A stretch of DNA of 63,955 nucleotides, filler included, from Collodictyon triciliatum (lineage: Eukaryota), in NCBI GenBank assembly GCA_043381765.1. It is 5 parts of 5 records of this genome, joined end to end, with 100 filler letters (N's around TTAATTAATTAA, not from the genome) between each part and the next. Parts side by side here need not be neighbours in the genome. Positions count along the whole stretch, not along the records: positions 1 to 18,677 come from JBHJMP010001356.1; positions 18,778 to 37,454 come from JBHJMP010001357.1; 3 more parts are not named here. One strand, 5' to 3'. The stretch's first letter is position 1; the number at the start of each line of letters is the position of its first letter. This document shows, piece by piece, positions 16,409 through 34,286 of the stretch. The notes under the pieces were generated by a model, which made no database searches, was not told the DNA's origin, and worked only from the letters and a program-made list of their open reading frames with translations. The position numbers were made by a program, and so were the translations under genes.

Positions 16409-18505
16409 TTACATTTCAAAGACTACCTCAGCCGTTGCGTAGGAACCAGCATCATGGCTAGTTAAGCTTTGAAAGAGCAGAGTGGCAGCTTCATGGCAAT
16501 CGTAATGGACATTTTCACCTCGCAAATACATGTTTGCCAGTTTTACAGATGCTGTGAAAGATTGCTTTCCAGCTGCAATTTTCCATCTTGAGACGGACTG
16601 TGGAATACTTTTACGAAGGGAGCGGCCCTCTTCGTAATCGCTGGCCAGACTAACTATTGCGTCGCGGTTTTCTAGCGAAGCAGCTCTATTTCTCCAGTAG
16701 TAGTGACTTGCACTTTGTTGCCACGGCACTCTAGACCAGAAATACTTTGTTAATTTCCAGCATGCATCTGCATGTCCCCTTTCACCAGCTTCTTGATAGA
16801 GCAGAAATGCTTCATTGGACAATCTGCTGGATTTCTTTTCTAGAGCTTTTGCCCATTGGTACACAGCATTTAGTGATCCTTTGGCTTTTGCTTTTTCGAA
16901 GTAGCGGATACCTTTTTTCCACCGACTCGACTGACTACTGCTTTTTGACGTATATAATATACCCAAGAAGCAAAGTGCATCAGAATGCTCCCCTTCTTTT
17001 GCTGCTTTTTTGAGCCAGTAGAGAGCAATCACAGATGACCTTGCATCCTCTTTTGTCAAAGCTCCTTCTTTCCTTGCATTTGCCGAAGTTTGGGCTTTTG
17101 AGCTTTGGCAATGATATTGACCGAGTATATACATAGCTTCATAGTCTCCTCGTATTGCAGCACTGAGTAAAAGTTTGATTCCTTTATCAGTATCCCTTTT
17201 GACACCTTTCGCATGAATCAAGGCTTCTCCAACTCTTCTGAAAAGAACTGGATCATTTATGTCCAATCTAGATGTGGTATTAACCCCAGTAACAGCCATC
17301 GATTCAATTAGACTACGAATTTCGATTTCATCTACCAATTCCAAATGTCTTATGAATGGAAGCGTCCGATATGTTCTCAAAAGAATCTTTACATGGGACA
17401 TGTTGAGGGAGGGATACTTCAGGCACACTGGTCTATGTTCCAGGTTTGAAGTTGACATATCGTCAAGTGCAAAGTCGTCTTCATCTTCAACGATCTTTGC
17501 CAATTCAAATTCATCCTTCATGGCTTTAGATTTTGACACCGAACTTTCGGCAGCAGAGCTTCTTAGCAGGGTTTCTTTTTTGTCTACATATTTTGACTCC
17601 AGATAGGATTCGTATTTAGCTGCTTTTCCATATCCTAGCTGCAAAGCCCGGACAAACCAATCCAGTGCTACATACGAAGCCAAGCGATGTGCGTCTCTCA
17701 GGTCGAAAAAGAATCTGGCTATTCGATAGGCACTAAAGCCTGAGCCATCAGCCGCAGCACATCGAAAGCAAGCCAGTGACAAATCCATAAATTCCATAGC
17801 CCTACTCGAATTGTAGAATTCTTGGCTGCACATGGCCCCCAAGATAGCAAACGGATTGTAATTCGGAACAACTGGGTTCATTTCGTTGTAGCCTCGCGAT
17901 AGGTTCCTATATATCAAACCAAGACCCTCGTATCCTTGGGAGAATCCTAATGCCACCGCTTGTCCATATAGTTGCATGATGCGATCCAACAATACGCCAT
18001 GTGACTTTGCCTTGCGCTCGTAGAGAACAGCGAGCAGAAAGTTGGCCTTTGCGTTGCCTTTAGCAGAAGACAGCTCCAGAAGTTCCATAGCACGCACCTG
18101 AGATGGCCGGTCGGTCCTGCGCATCAAGCGACGGGCAAGTTTGTACATTGCGTGCAGATGTTCAGATGAAGCAGCCTTTTCCAGCCACGCATCGGACTTG
18201 CCCATGTTGCGATGGACCCCGCGATCTTTTGCGAATAAGCGCGACAACTCAAACTGCGCTTCGACGTGTTCTTGCCGCGCTGCACACAGGAGCAGGGTTC
18301 TGGCAGCATCGATATTCTTTGCTGTGCCGTTCCCCACGAGGAGTGCTCTTGCCGAGCGGAACAGACCTTCAGCCTCGACACTTTTCACTGTGTTATGGCT
18401 TCTATCTTGTAGTTCCGTTTGATCGGTAGCCATGTGCGTTGCTTCATTCGACTCTTGGTCCTTGCAGTGGGACATGCAGTAGCTGGTGGTTGGGTGCTCC
18501 TCCAT
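16409..18505 (-). CDS. Sel1-like repeat (SLR) protein, 698 aa, single exon
   Basis: Uninterrupted ORF with repeated Sel1 signatures (AARQEHVEAQFELSRLF, SAKGNAKANFLLAVLY, GVKRDTDKGIKLLLSAAIRGDYEAMYILG, AGERGHADACWKL, LANMYLRGENVHYDCHEA). Confidence 0.9.
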   Translation of the reverse strand: MEEHPTTSYCMSHCKDQESNEATHMATDQTELQDRSHNTVKSVEAEGLFRSARALLVGNGTAKNIDAARTLLLCAARQEHVEAQFELSRLFAKDRGVHRNMGKSDAWLEKAASSEHLHAMYKLARRLMRRTDRPSQVRAMELLELSSAKGNAKANFLLAVLYERKAKSHGVLLDRIMQLYGQAVALGFSQGYEGLGLIYRNLSRGYNEMNPVVPNYNPFAILGAMCSQEFYNSSRAMEFMDLSLACFRCAAADGSGFSAYRIARFFFDLRDAHRLASYVALDWFVRALQLGYGKAAKYESYLESKYVDKKETLLRSSAAESSVSKSKAMKDEFELAKIVEDEDDFALDDMSTSNLEHRPVCLKYPSLNMSHVKILLRTYRTLPFIRHLELVDEIEIRSLIESMAVTGVNTTSRLDINDPVLFRRVGEALIHAKGVKRDTDKGIKLLLSAAIRGDYEAMYILGQYHCQSSKAQTSANARKEGALTKEDARSSVIALYWLKKAAKEGEHSDALCFLGILYTSKSSSQSSRWKKGIRYFEKAKAKGSLNAVYQWAKALEKKSSRLSNEAFLLYQEAGERGHADACWKLTKYFWSRVPWQQSASHYYWRNRAASLENRDAIVSLASDYEEGRSLRKSIPQSVSRWKIAAGKQSFTASVKLANMYLRGENVHYDCHEAATLLFQSLTSHDAGSYATAEVVFEM

Positions 18506-18580
18506 GCTTGGTGTGCTCGGCTCGGTGGCTTGTCAACCTCCGCAAAGAAGCCTGACAAGGTGTTGTGTTTGTGGCATCGT

Positions 18581-18677
<97 letters not shown>

Positions 18678-18777
18678 NNNNNNNNNNNNNNNNNNNNNNN
18701 NNNNNNNNNNNNNNNNNNNNNTTAATTAATTAANNNNNNNNNNNNNNNNNNNNNNNNNNNNNNNNNNNNNNNNNNNN
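18678..18777. other. Artificial 100-bp scaffold spacer N44-TTAATTAATTAA-N44 (also at 37455-37554, 56219-56318 and 62724-62823)
   Basis: The identical construct occurs four times, and TTAATTAATTAA places stops in all six frames. Confidence 0.95.
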
Positions 18778-18959
18778 TTCTCTCTTTCTCTCTTTCTCTC
18801 TTCTCTCTCTCTTTCTCTCTTTCTCTCTTTCTCTCTTTCTCTCTTTCTCTCTTTCTCTCTTTCTCTCTTTCTCTTTTTTCCCTTTTCTTTTTGTTTTTTC
18901 CTGCTCGAGATTGGCTTGTCTGATCTTTTCGTCCTTTTCATTTTTTATATCCTGCTGCT

Positions 18960-19244
<285 letters not shown>

Positions 19245-19548
19245 GGACGCAAAAGGGATGCGTGAGCAGCTTCGTGGTGCTGGAAAAGGCTATATGATTC
19301 ATCATACCTTTTTTGTATAATTTGCCAGAAGACGGCGTTTCGAATGCGTTTAGTCCGTTTTTCATGATAATAGTTTTTCACACATCCAAACTCACTAAAA
19401 AACAATAAACGGAAGAAAACAGAAAAAGAAAAAGGAAAAAGAAAAAGCAAAAAATCAAAAAAGCACGAAACTCCTTTCCTTTCCTTCCCTTCTTGTTTTT
19501 TTTTTTTTGTGAGTGATGGAAATAAAGTGTAAATGATTGGTGCATAGA

Positions 19549-20414
19549 ATGATGCTGCAAAGGCGCGCAGTCCATGCTGTGTCAGCTGTTGCTTGTCTGC
19601 TGACTTTTATCGGCTTTGCGGATGCGCGTTATCTGATTGGCTTCGGCAACCGCGATGTGTCTCCGACCGACGAGCAAATGCGTCGTGGCGAGTGCTTTCT
19701 AGGTGGCTATGGTGTGGGCCCGTTTCGAGGCAGGTTTGCTTCTCTTCATAAATGCTTCTTTTTCTATCTTTCGTCTTTTTTCTCTTCATCTCCTTTTTTT
19801 CTCTCCTTTAATTTTCTTATTTTTCTATATTTTACCAGAATTAAATAACTCTGAAGTGTTTATCTTAAACGCCACTTCTGTGGTATTATTACCTCTATAA
19901 TATTGAGGTAACAATACCACAACTTCGTTCAAGAATATAACAAAATTAAAAAAAAAAAGAAGGATAGAACGAAGAAGCACATGAAAGTGCACTAAAAACA
20001 AGACTCAAAACTGGGTCACAACAGACCCACCGGAGTCCACGACCCCATCACCGCACGGACATTCCTTGTGGAGGACCCGACCACACGAACCACAGTTGTG
20101 CACACGATTCTCGACACAGTCGGCATCACAAACAAAATTCTGAACAGGATTCGCTCAGCTGTGTTGAATCAAACTGGAATCCCAGTCGAAAATGTCTTTG
20201 TTGGAGCAACACACACTCACTCGGGACCAGGTTTTTCCTTTCTCACATATCTCACCTGTTCCGTCCCATTACTTTTGTATATAAGGACGAAAAAAATTGG
20301 ACCTACTTGAATTAAATGGAAACATTTGATTTTCTCGATCAAACTCATCTCATAACGTCCTGGCGCAATGAAAATATCATCTGCGACTATGTGACCAGTG
20401 GCAGGACATACAAA

Positions 20415-20489
<75 letters not shown>

Positions 20490-22321
20490 ATAGATCTTCA
20501 AGGTTTGTGGGGAGGTGTGAGCCCAGCGTATGAGCAGAATGTGGTGGATGGAACAATCCTCTCCATCACCGAAGCGTGGCGCTCCCGCCGTGAAGGCAAC
20601 ATATTCGCCTCCAAAATAGCTGTTGACCAAAAGTATGCAAATAACCGCCGTGGATGGGGATATACAGACACTGAAATGACTGTGCTCGATGCTATCGGTG
20701 TCGATGGCCGCAGAATCGCAACATTTGTCAACTTCCAGGCTCACCCTGTTGTTCTGGGCTCAAGCAATCTGGTATATCTTTTTCTGTCTTCCATGTCGAG
20801 CAGCACGAAGAAACATGGAAAGAGAAGTGAAAGAAAAGGAAACAAGTTTTGCGAGGATGATAAAAAAAATCCTACAAATTTCCTTTTCTTTTCGTTTCGT
20901 TTCCTTTCCTTCTTTTTTTTTCTTCATAGAGAAGAAAGCAGCCCATGATAATTTTTTTTTAATTCTTCTAGCAAAGCAGATATTTCGACCAGATACTGAC
21001 TTATATTCATCAACCGAATGAAACTTAGCTTTGCTCGGCCGACTATGTCTACTATACGCGTCTTGGCGTGGAGGAGGCTCTCGGTGCACCAGCCATCTAC
21101 TTTAACGGACCGATTGGTGACGTTTCACCAGGTTCACGCACAGGAACTGAGTATGAGGCTGCGGAAAACTACGGACGAACAATCGCTTCTTTTGCGGTCA
21201 GCGCCATTCGTTCTGGTTCAACTCGAGTGGATGGAGCCCTTGGAATCCGCACGGCATTTTACCGCCACAAAGTCAGCAACCCGCTTTTTCTCCTCGCATT
21301 CAAGTTTGGCCTTGCTGACTATGAGGTATCTTTTTTTTCTTCATATCTCTCTGTTCCTTTTATATATACTCTGATATGTAAATCGTGATGTTTGCTGGGT
21401 GGAACGTGACAATCCCAAATGTGATGGTGTTGCAAACTGCTTCTTTTTTTTTTTTTGCATTTTCCAAAAATATTATAATAAAGTCCTTAATTCGAACCTT
21501 TCTCTGATAATCGCAATTTAAAAAAAAAGGTAAATCCAGATGACACTATCGACACACGCTGCAGTTACTTTTTCTTCGGCAATCAAGTTCAGGGTATGAA
21601 GATGCACAAAAAAATATGCATTATTTGGGCATGGTGAACTTTACATGCTCACAAATTCGTGTTCAGTTAACTACTTATTCGTCTGTTCGTGGCTGCTTAC
21701 TTCATGGTTTTTCTTATCACAAAATATTCATCTTTGCCCATGCCCATCACACACGTATCATAGGTGTCGCTTTTCCTGGGGAATCTTTGACAAGAAATGC
21801 TGAGCCAATCAAGGCAGCCATGGTCGCGAACTTCAAGGTTTTCTGGCCTTTCATTAATTTTTGAATTCAAAAACAGCATCAATTTTTCATAAAAAGCATC
21901 ATATGAAGTGCGTAATTCTTATGCATATCCCATTCTTCGCATTGACGATTGCTTCTGTCCTATGACGAAAAAAAACTTCCATCCATTATCCAGATATTCC
22001 TCGGCTTGAGTGGTGATACTCTTGGGTACTTTGTCCCGACTGATGAATGGAGGATTGGGCTGCACGGTATTTTTTTTTTCCATCGATGCACAAAAACACA
22101 AATCCGGGGTAATAAGTCTGTTATTCCGATTACGCAATTTTTTTATGTCATGAAACCATTCTTTATAGCGCTTTTTCCCCCTTTCAATTCGTATTTCAAA
22201 AAAACCTCTTTTTTTTTATGCTTGGCTTTCTTCGTTAGATAACTACGAAGAGAATGTCTCCATCGACAAGTTTGTGGGCGACACTACACGAGACATTCTA
22301 GTGGGCCTGATTCTAGGTTAA
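19549..22321 (+). CDS. Secreted neutral/alkaline non-lysosomal ceramidase-family (N-terminal domain only) hydrolase
   Basis: Signal peptide, then spliced motifs FLGGYG, GVHDPITART, VFVGATHTHSGPDLQGLWGG, NRR, FVNFQAHP, SADYV, YFNGPIGDVSP, FPGE, FLGLSGDTLGY, NYEENVS. Stop TAA at 22319-22321. Confidence 0.85.
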
Positions 22322-22712
22322 TGCGTCTCCATAAAGATGAGCTACCAGCGTCAATCCCCTACCCCAAACCGCAAATATTATTTCTGCATCAAAGGAACAT
22401 ACACAGGAAGCACTATCAATGTAGTATTTCTGCCCTTTCTCTTTGCCTTACTGACCTATCAAACTCTGCAAGTGTGCTTCCTAACAAACGCCCAACCGTG
22501 TGACAGACGGTCTTTTGCTGAAACATTTCTTCCACAACAGACCTTTACACAAGAGGTTGTTAACTTTCCATTTATTTATTTATTTAGTTATTTTTCGTTT
22601 ATTCGTTTATCAATCAAGGAGTTATCTTTCTTTCGATTTGTGTTAATGAAGTGGCTTTGAGGCCGTGGCCAGTGTATGATAAGAGTGAGAAGCACATATT
22701 TGTGCCTGTTGC

Positions 22713-24221
22713 TTAGGGCTTCGCGTCCACACGCAGAATCGGCTGGCGTGAAACTTCGTGCATCTCTTTCAGAGCTTTCGCAACCTGATAGCGCATCAGA
22801 TGGAACTGCTCCGGACTCAACACAAACGTCTTGATGGAGCCATCGCTCAGAGTCAACTAAGTGCCCACAATAAAAAATAATAATAATGTAATATCAGTGT
22901 CATTTATCGCAACTAAAACAATTATGGTTTTTAATCACAAAAAAAAAAGAAAAAGAAAGTTACATCGCATCGAATGGTACTTGATTCCGTTATCGATGAG
23001 ATTAGTCATCATGGTATTTGCGAGTTTCCTTTACTTTATCAAATGGTGTATTTTGATTCAACCTGCATCATGATGCTGGGACTCAAGACTCGTGTCAAGG
23101 CACCTGTGCTGATGGTCACGTCAATGCGCCACTTGACATCTGTGAAAGTGGGCAGCGACAAGCGCGTTTGCTCAGCACCAGCTTCGATTTTGGCGCGTCT
23201 GCGTTGGATTCAATGCCTTATTTAAACCCACCAAAAAGAGGAGAAGAAAAAAAGACATCCAACTTTTCAAACATCTCTCTCTATCTATCTCTCTCTCTCT
23301 CTCTCGAGAAAAAAAAAAGCCTGACTAGACATGAGCGACGAAGCGGATACGTAACATAAGCGGAGGACATACTGCTTCACAACTGCTGAGACGATGCTCG
23401 GGACGAACTGCGCAGGAATCTTCAGTTCTTGCAGAAATCCTTCCAGAACATCCTATTTTGCAAGGAAGTAATATGCAGAACTGATATTACTCATGTGAAT
23501 GTGGAAACTCTTTTGTCATCTCACCAAAACATGTTATATTGTGAGCAAATATCTATCATGGGTAGTATTTTGATGTCGTAACATTCCATAATAACCAATC
23601 AATACAATGCTAACAATCACAAACATAATCATAAAAATAGTAATAAACTGAAAAAAAAAATATGCAGAATGGAACCGCGGTGTGGGAAAAATTGTGAAAA
23701 TAATGAGTAATTCTTATAACTCGAGATAACATAAGTTTTCGCTCGTAATTAACAACCTGCTTGGTGCGACCCCGAATCCCCGCACGAACAATGGCATACA
23801 GTCCTGTGTATAAGATGGCTGCAGATTGGGGGAAATGATTGGCAGTCAGTTTCTTATCGCTGTTGTTGAAAAAGAAAACAAATAAGAGAGAAGAGAAACA
23901 GGAGGAGAAGAAAAAGCGATCATAGATAGAATACTCATATTGATAAAAGAAGATATAAAACAGGACCGGCCCGCCAACCCAAACGCCACCAGCAAGCCGC
24001 TCCCAAGAGCCGCAACCAACAGGATAAAGAGACAAAGGAGGTAACAAACCTGTGTTCTCCTGCTCCAGACTCAGCTCGGCCAGCGCATCGTCGCCTTCGG
24101 AAAACGACAGAACGACAGCCTGCAGGACTTTGGTGAAGTGGCTCTTTTCAAGCTTCTCCAGCAGAGGAAGCATCACGCGGACATCCGAGTAGGATCGCTC
24201 CAGGAAGCTCTGTGCATCCAT
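22713..24221 (-). CDS. COMMD5: COMM domain-containing protein 5 (Commander/CCC complex)
   Basis: Spliced protein ends LPTFTDVKWRIDVTISTGALTRVLSPSIMMQLTLSDGSIKTFVLSPEQFHLMRYQVAKALKEM, matching the COMMD5 COMM domain (WRVDVAISTSALARSLQPSVLMQLKLSDG...LRYSVA). Confidence 0.88.
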
Positions 24222-25145
24222 CACTCTGTGGGCCTGGAAAAGCGATCAGACCCGAGGCAGCTGAGTTTCCTACGGGCCGCACAAGATCGGGTGCGGATCC
24301 ACAGAACAGGGACGCCCTTTAGAAACCAGATGGCACTTTTTCTTTTCTTTTTTCTTTTTTCTTTTTTTCTTTTTCCTTTCTCTTTTTTCTTTTTTCTTTT
24401 TTCTTTTCTTTTCTTTTTTCTTTTTCTTTTTCTTTTTCTTTTTCTTTTCCTCTGCTTCTTACAACGCCAGCCGCTTCTCTGGCGTTTTGATTAGCTTCCA
24501 GATCGGAAGTTGCGAATCAACACCAGTTTGGTGGAAATGTCAGCTGTTGGGCGACTCTGTTTGCACGGCCGCTTTATTGACGCGAAAGGCGTGTGTCTGG
24601 GAGGATTGGTTGTGGAGGGTTCTGGCAAACGAGAGACAATCTCGCATCCGACAGACTGACTGGGCGGCGAGGCATGTGTGTATGTGCGGGGATAGTCTTG
24701 GGAAGCGAGTTATCGAAAGGCCGGCTGAGAAGGAAGGCCTTTTTGGAATGGCCCAATGCTTGTGATGGTGGCGCTTGCCCGAGAACGTGAGGGCTCTCAG
24801 GCAGCAAAAGAATGCAACACGTTGCTCAACAAATTGTAGAAAACAGTGGAAGGAAATGAGGGAGAAAAGCTTCTCTTTGTCGGGCTTTCTCGAGATAGGG
24901 TCGCTACCTTTTCTCTGCCTTTTTTTTTCTTTCAACGCGCTTTGGCAAATAGCGTGCGAGTATAAATGCGGTTCATCGATAATATTATCATCATAATTTT
25001 TTTTTAATAGAATAGAAAAAAAAAATAGAACAGGGTATGAAAAAGAATGGAAGGGATAACAGTGGTGCCTTAGGATGAAACCCCACTCTATTTACAGGCA
25101 GACATGCGGCGTATTGCGCAGCTCACCGCGCTGTGCGTTCGCCCA

Positions 25146-31262
<6,117 letters not shown>

Positions 31263-32009
31263 GTCGAAGCGCTCTGTGTCTTATTCCAATGGGCTTCGCA
31301 CTCGTCTACGCTACTTTCCTCCGGTCTTTCTCTTCCTGTGCGCTTGTGTGATAGGAACCGCCTTTGAGTCTTATTGGTTTTGTGTGTGCACTTTGTTGGA
31401 TGTGTGGTCGAAGGGATGGCAACAGAGCGTGTGATTGGAAACGGGCTTCTGATTTGTTTTGGGTCTAGGGTGGTGTATTCGAGTTTAAAATGCTGCCATG
31501 AATTTTGAACATTCAAACTTTCGAAAATTTGAATCGGCTATCCAACTGTGGAAAGAAAAGAAAAGGGGTTGTGGTTTTCGTCTTGTCTTGTGATTTATTC
31601 GTTCCGTTTCTGGACACCAGGGCGGATGAGATTTTCGGCGATTTTCGAGCAACAGAAAGAAGAGAAGCCGGTGCGCGGGTTGTGTGGGCGTGCTGGTGAG
31701 GCAGTTGCACAAGCCATAACCCAGCACCTGAATCGGATCTGCCAAGGAGACAGATGGCAGGTCCATTGTGTGGGTTATGACAGCAGATTGGTGCATCCAC
31801 TCCGCCCGTCACAGATCTGGAGGAACGAAGCCGTTTTGCAGGCGGGAGGATGTTGAGAGGAAAGAGTGGCGAGGAAAGAACGAGAATAGAGAGTTGTATG
31901 CGCCGCAGATGGGATAGGCCACGGTGCATGGAGGAATCAGGCGCAGGTGTAGTCACCTTGCTTGTCCAAAAATCGCATGTGCGATTCGTTCTCGTAAAGA
32001 GATGTAGAT

Positions 32010-32120
32010 GAAGGAGAAGGAGAAGGAGAAGGAGAAGGAGAAGGAGAAGGAGAAGGAGAAGGAGAAGGAGAAGGAGAAGGAGAAGGAGAAGGAGAAGGAG
32101 AAGGAGAAGGAGAAGGAGAA
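32010..32120. repeat. (GAAGGA)n hexanucleotide repeat, intergenic/3' region
   Basis: Direct reading. Confidence 0.95.
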
Positions 32121-32264
32121 GTATAATGGGGAAAAAAGGACAGAAAAGAGACTTAATGAAAAGAACATAGCCTGTTGGCCCTTCATAGATGATGCATATC
32201 TCAAAACACGTACCTTTTTAAGAGAGAGAAAAAAGAATCGATGCAGTAAGAGAAGTAGCATTTG

Positions 32265-34238
32265 TTATTGCGCTGAATTCCATGGAGTCTGGTTGTGCGG
32301 GTAATGGGACTGGGGCTGCGGCTGCAGTTGGGAGTGCACTTGTGGCTGTGCTTGACTGGCTGGATATTGTGCTGGCACCGGGTTGAACGGGGTTTGCGGC
32401 TGATTGGAGGACGAAGCGCCGTTGAAAGACTGCGGGGATGGAGCATGACTGTATTGGGCTGTGTTTGGAGCATATCCAGGCTGAGACGGGAATAGTGAGG
32501 GTGAGATGACTGACTGTGGATTGTAGTTTTGGCTAGGATTGGTGTTGTATGTATTGGCGTATTGCTGGGGCGAGTAGTACTGTGTAGGTGGTATCTGTGC
32601 GCTTGTTTGAGAGTTCCAACTGTGGGAGTTCGTTTGTTGTGGTCCGGCTTGGGTTTCTTGTGTGTTGTATGATGGGGCATTTTGCGCTTGCTGTTGGTTG
32701 TGGTGTTCGTATGTGTTCCACTGGGGGTTCATGATCTGTTGGCTTTGCGGATATGTCTGGTGTTGCTGGTTATGATGTTGTGGATGGTGTTGTGGATGGT
32801 GTTGTGGATGGTGTTGTGGATGGTGTTGTGGATGGTGTTGCTGGTTATGATGCTGCTGGTATTGTTGATGTTGCTGGTATTGTTGATGTTGCTGGTTATG
32901 ATATTGCTGGTATTGTTGGAGTTGCTGGTATTGTTGGGGTTGTTGGGGTTGTTGGGGTTGTTGGGGCTGTTGGGGTTGTTGGGGTTGTTGGGGTTGCACT
33001 GTGTTCGAAGTCCATTGGGAGTAGGCAGTCTGTGAGGATGTTTGATATGGCTGGTACTGTTGGGCCTGATATGGTTGGGCTTGGGGAGCTTGCTGATACT
33101 GAGGGTGATAATGTGGGGCTGTGGCTATGGCTGTGGCTGTGGCTGTGGCTGTGGCTGTGGCTGGTGGAGATTGCTGGGATGCCTGATATTGGGGTGGATG
33201 ATGATGAGTTTGAGGATATGGTGGCAAAGTCCATGGTTGTGGCTGTGACTGTGACTGTGGTTGTGGTTGAGGCTGTTCAAATTGTGGTGAGCTATTTGAC
33301 GATATCGAGCTCCATGAATGAGTCAGCGGCGCAATTTGCTGTAGCTGTTGTCCTTGTGCATTCCAAGGAGGAATCGCTGCTGGATAAGTTTGTTGGATTG
33401 TTTGGAGGGAGGGAGAGGGTGCAATCCACGATGAATTTATAGGCGCTTCATACTGTCCAGCTGATGTGGTGGTGCTCCATGAAGCCTCAATGGCAGTGCC
33501 ATGGTGCGGTTGGAGCTGTGGTTGTGATAGTGGTTGAACTTGGGGTTGGAATTGTGGTTGGAATTGTGATTGAACTTGGGGTTGGAATTGAGGTTGGAAT
33601 TGAGGTTGGACTTGTGGTTGGAATTGTGGTTGGAATTGTGGTTGGACTTGGTGTTCATTTGTACTTGGATAAGTATCTGGACTGCTTTGCTTATCTATGT
33701 TGTCGGCTAGCTGTGTTGTTCGGCTCGTATTTGAAGGTTGCTTGGTTGAGTTCGAGAACTGAGTGCTACTCTGCCCGGCGGATGGCGCAGCGAAAGCACT
33801 TCTCATATCTGAATAAGCAAGTAAATAAGACACCATAGGGGTTTCATGATCATTTTGAGCCATTCAACTGTACAAATATAAAGATGGGGAGTGCTCTTTT
33901 ATGTGGTGAAAAATGGTTTACCTTGCGTTTGTGGTATGTTTTCTGCAGTAACGGCTACTAAAGATGGGTTGGCAGAGCTTTCAGGTGCATGTATACGGTG
34001 AGTTTGGGGGTTTTCTGACACACGTGAGTCATTCGAAGATGGTTCCACAGTTTTTAGTACGGCCTCCGAAGATGGCTTACTAGACATAGAATTTGAGGGC
34101 ATTGGGAGAATTCTACTCCCAACACTGGCGTCTCCTTTAGGCGTGGTTTCTTCCAGCAAGATGACTCGCTTGCTACTATCACTTTCCGAGCTCGACAAGG
34201 ATTCTTTCGTTCGGTGCGATTCTATTTTTAGAAAAAGT

Positions 34239-34286
<48 letters not shown>

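Noticed and set aside
32682-33838. Val/Gly/Leu-rich plus-strand ORFs resembling membrane or elastin-like proteins
   Set aside because: Antisense translations of the Q/P/H repeat exon.
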